Source: Perkinsus chesapeaki ATCC PRA-425 (taxonomy: Eukaryota; Protista; Perkinsozoa). Taken from it: a stretch of DNA of 64,000 nt. The notes under the pieces were generated by a model. The model had not been told where the DNA came from, did not search any database, and saw nothing but the letters and a program-made list of their open reading frames with translations. Below, piece after piece: positions 63,792-64,000 of the stretch. The stretch covers positions 36,475 through 100,474 of the forward strand of contig JAAPAO010000054.1 in assembly GCA_013115145.1 (NCBI GenBank). Reading direction: 5' to 3'. Both the position numbers and the translations under genes were made by a program. Positions within the stretch are counted from its first letter, which is position 1; each line of letters begins with the position of its first letter.

Positions 63792-64000
63792 GTAACAATA
63801 ACACTTACTACACCGGAAGCCTTCATGAGAATGGTGCATGAGACACTTTCGCCGATTCAGTTTCTGCGCTCGCCTCCGGAGGAGCAGCGCACATGGCGAT
63901 TCACTACGCTCCGTCGAGCGCATCCAGTGTCTCGCTCGCCAAGTAACGCTCGTAAGATATCTCTGTAACTGAATTAAACTCATGCAATAAGATATAAGAA

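Overview
Eukaryotic, intron-rich protist DNA; the short GT-AG introns, gene repertoire and Cys-rich domains suggest a Perkinsus-like alveolate (inference). All gene models were spliced by eye, so boundaries are approximate. Left to right: the 3' part of a TerD-domain gene (-); one very large + strand gene (~4.4-20.4 kb) encoding an OSCA/TMEM63(CSC1)-type channel whose TM3-TM4 loop carries a ~2,700-aa insert (ten ~160-aa four-Cys repeats, a mucin-like 16-aa tandem array, LDL-receptor class A modules, RRL motifs); then a ~37 kb run of minus-strand genes: a two-domain PPi-phosphofructokinase-like gene with both catalytic motifs degenerate, an M17 leucyl aminopeptidase, a roadblock/LC7 dynein light chain, a repeat-rich tract (44-47 kb), a PYROXD2-like oxidoreductase, a GFA/CENP-V protein, an unidentified gene and an isopentenyl phosphate kinase; finally V-ATPase subunit B (+) and a cathepsin L-like protease with a Cys-rich tail (-). 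The three tRNA genes (Ala, Glu, Met) all lie antisense inside introns, and further introns carry tRNA fragments. There are two 100-N scaffold gaps, both in tandem repeats. No CRISPR array, rRNA or spliced-leader RNA gene was seen. The strongest novelty candidate is the channel with the giant repeat ectodomain.
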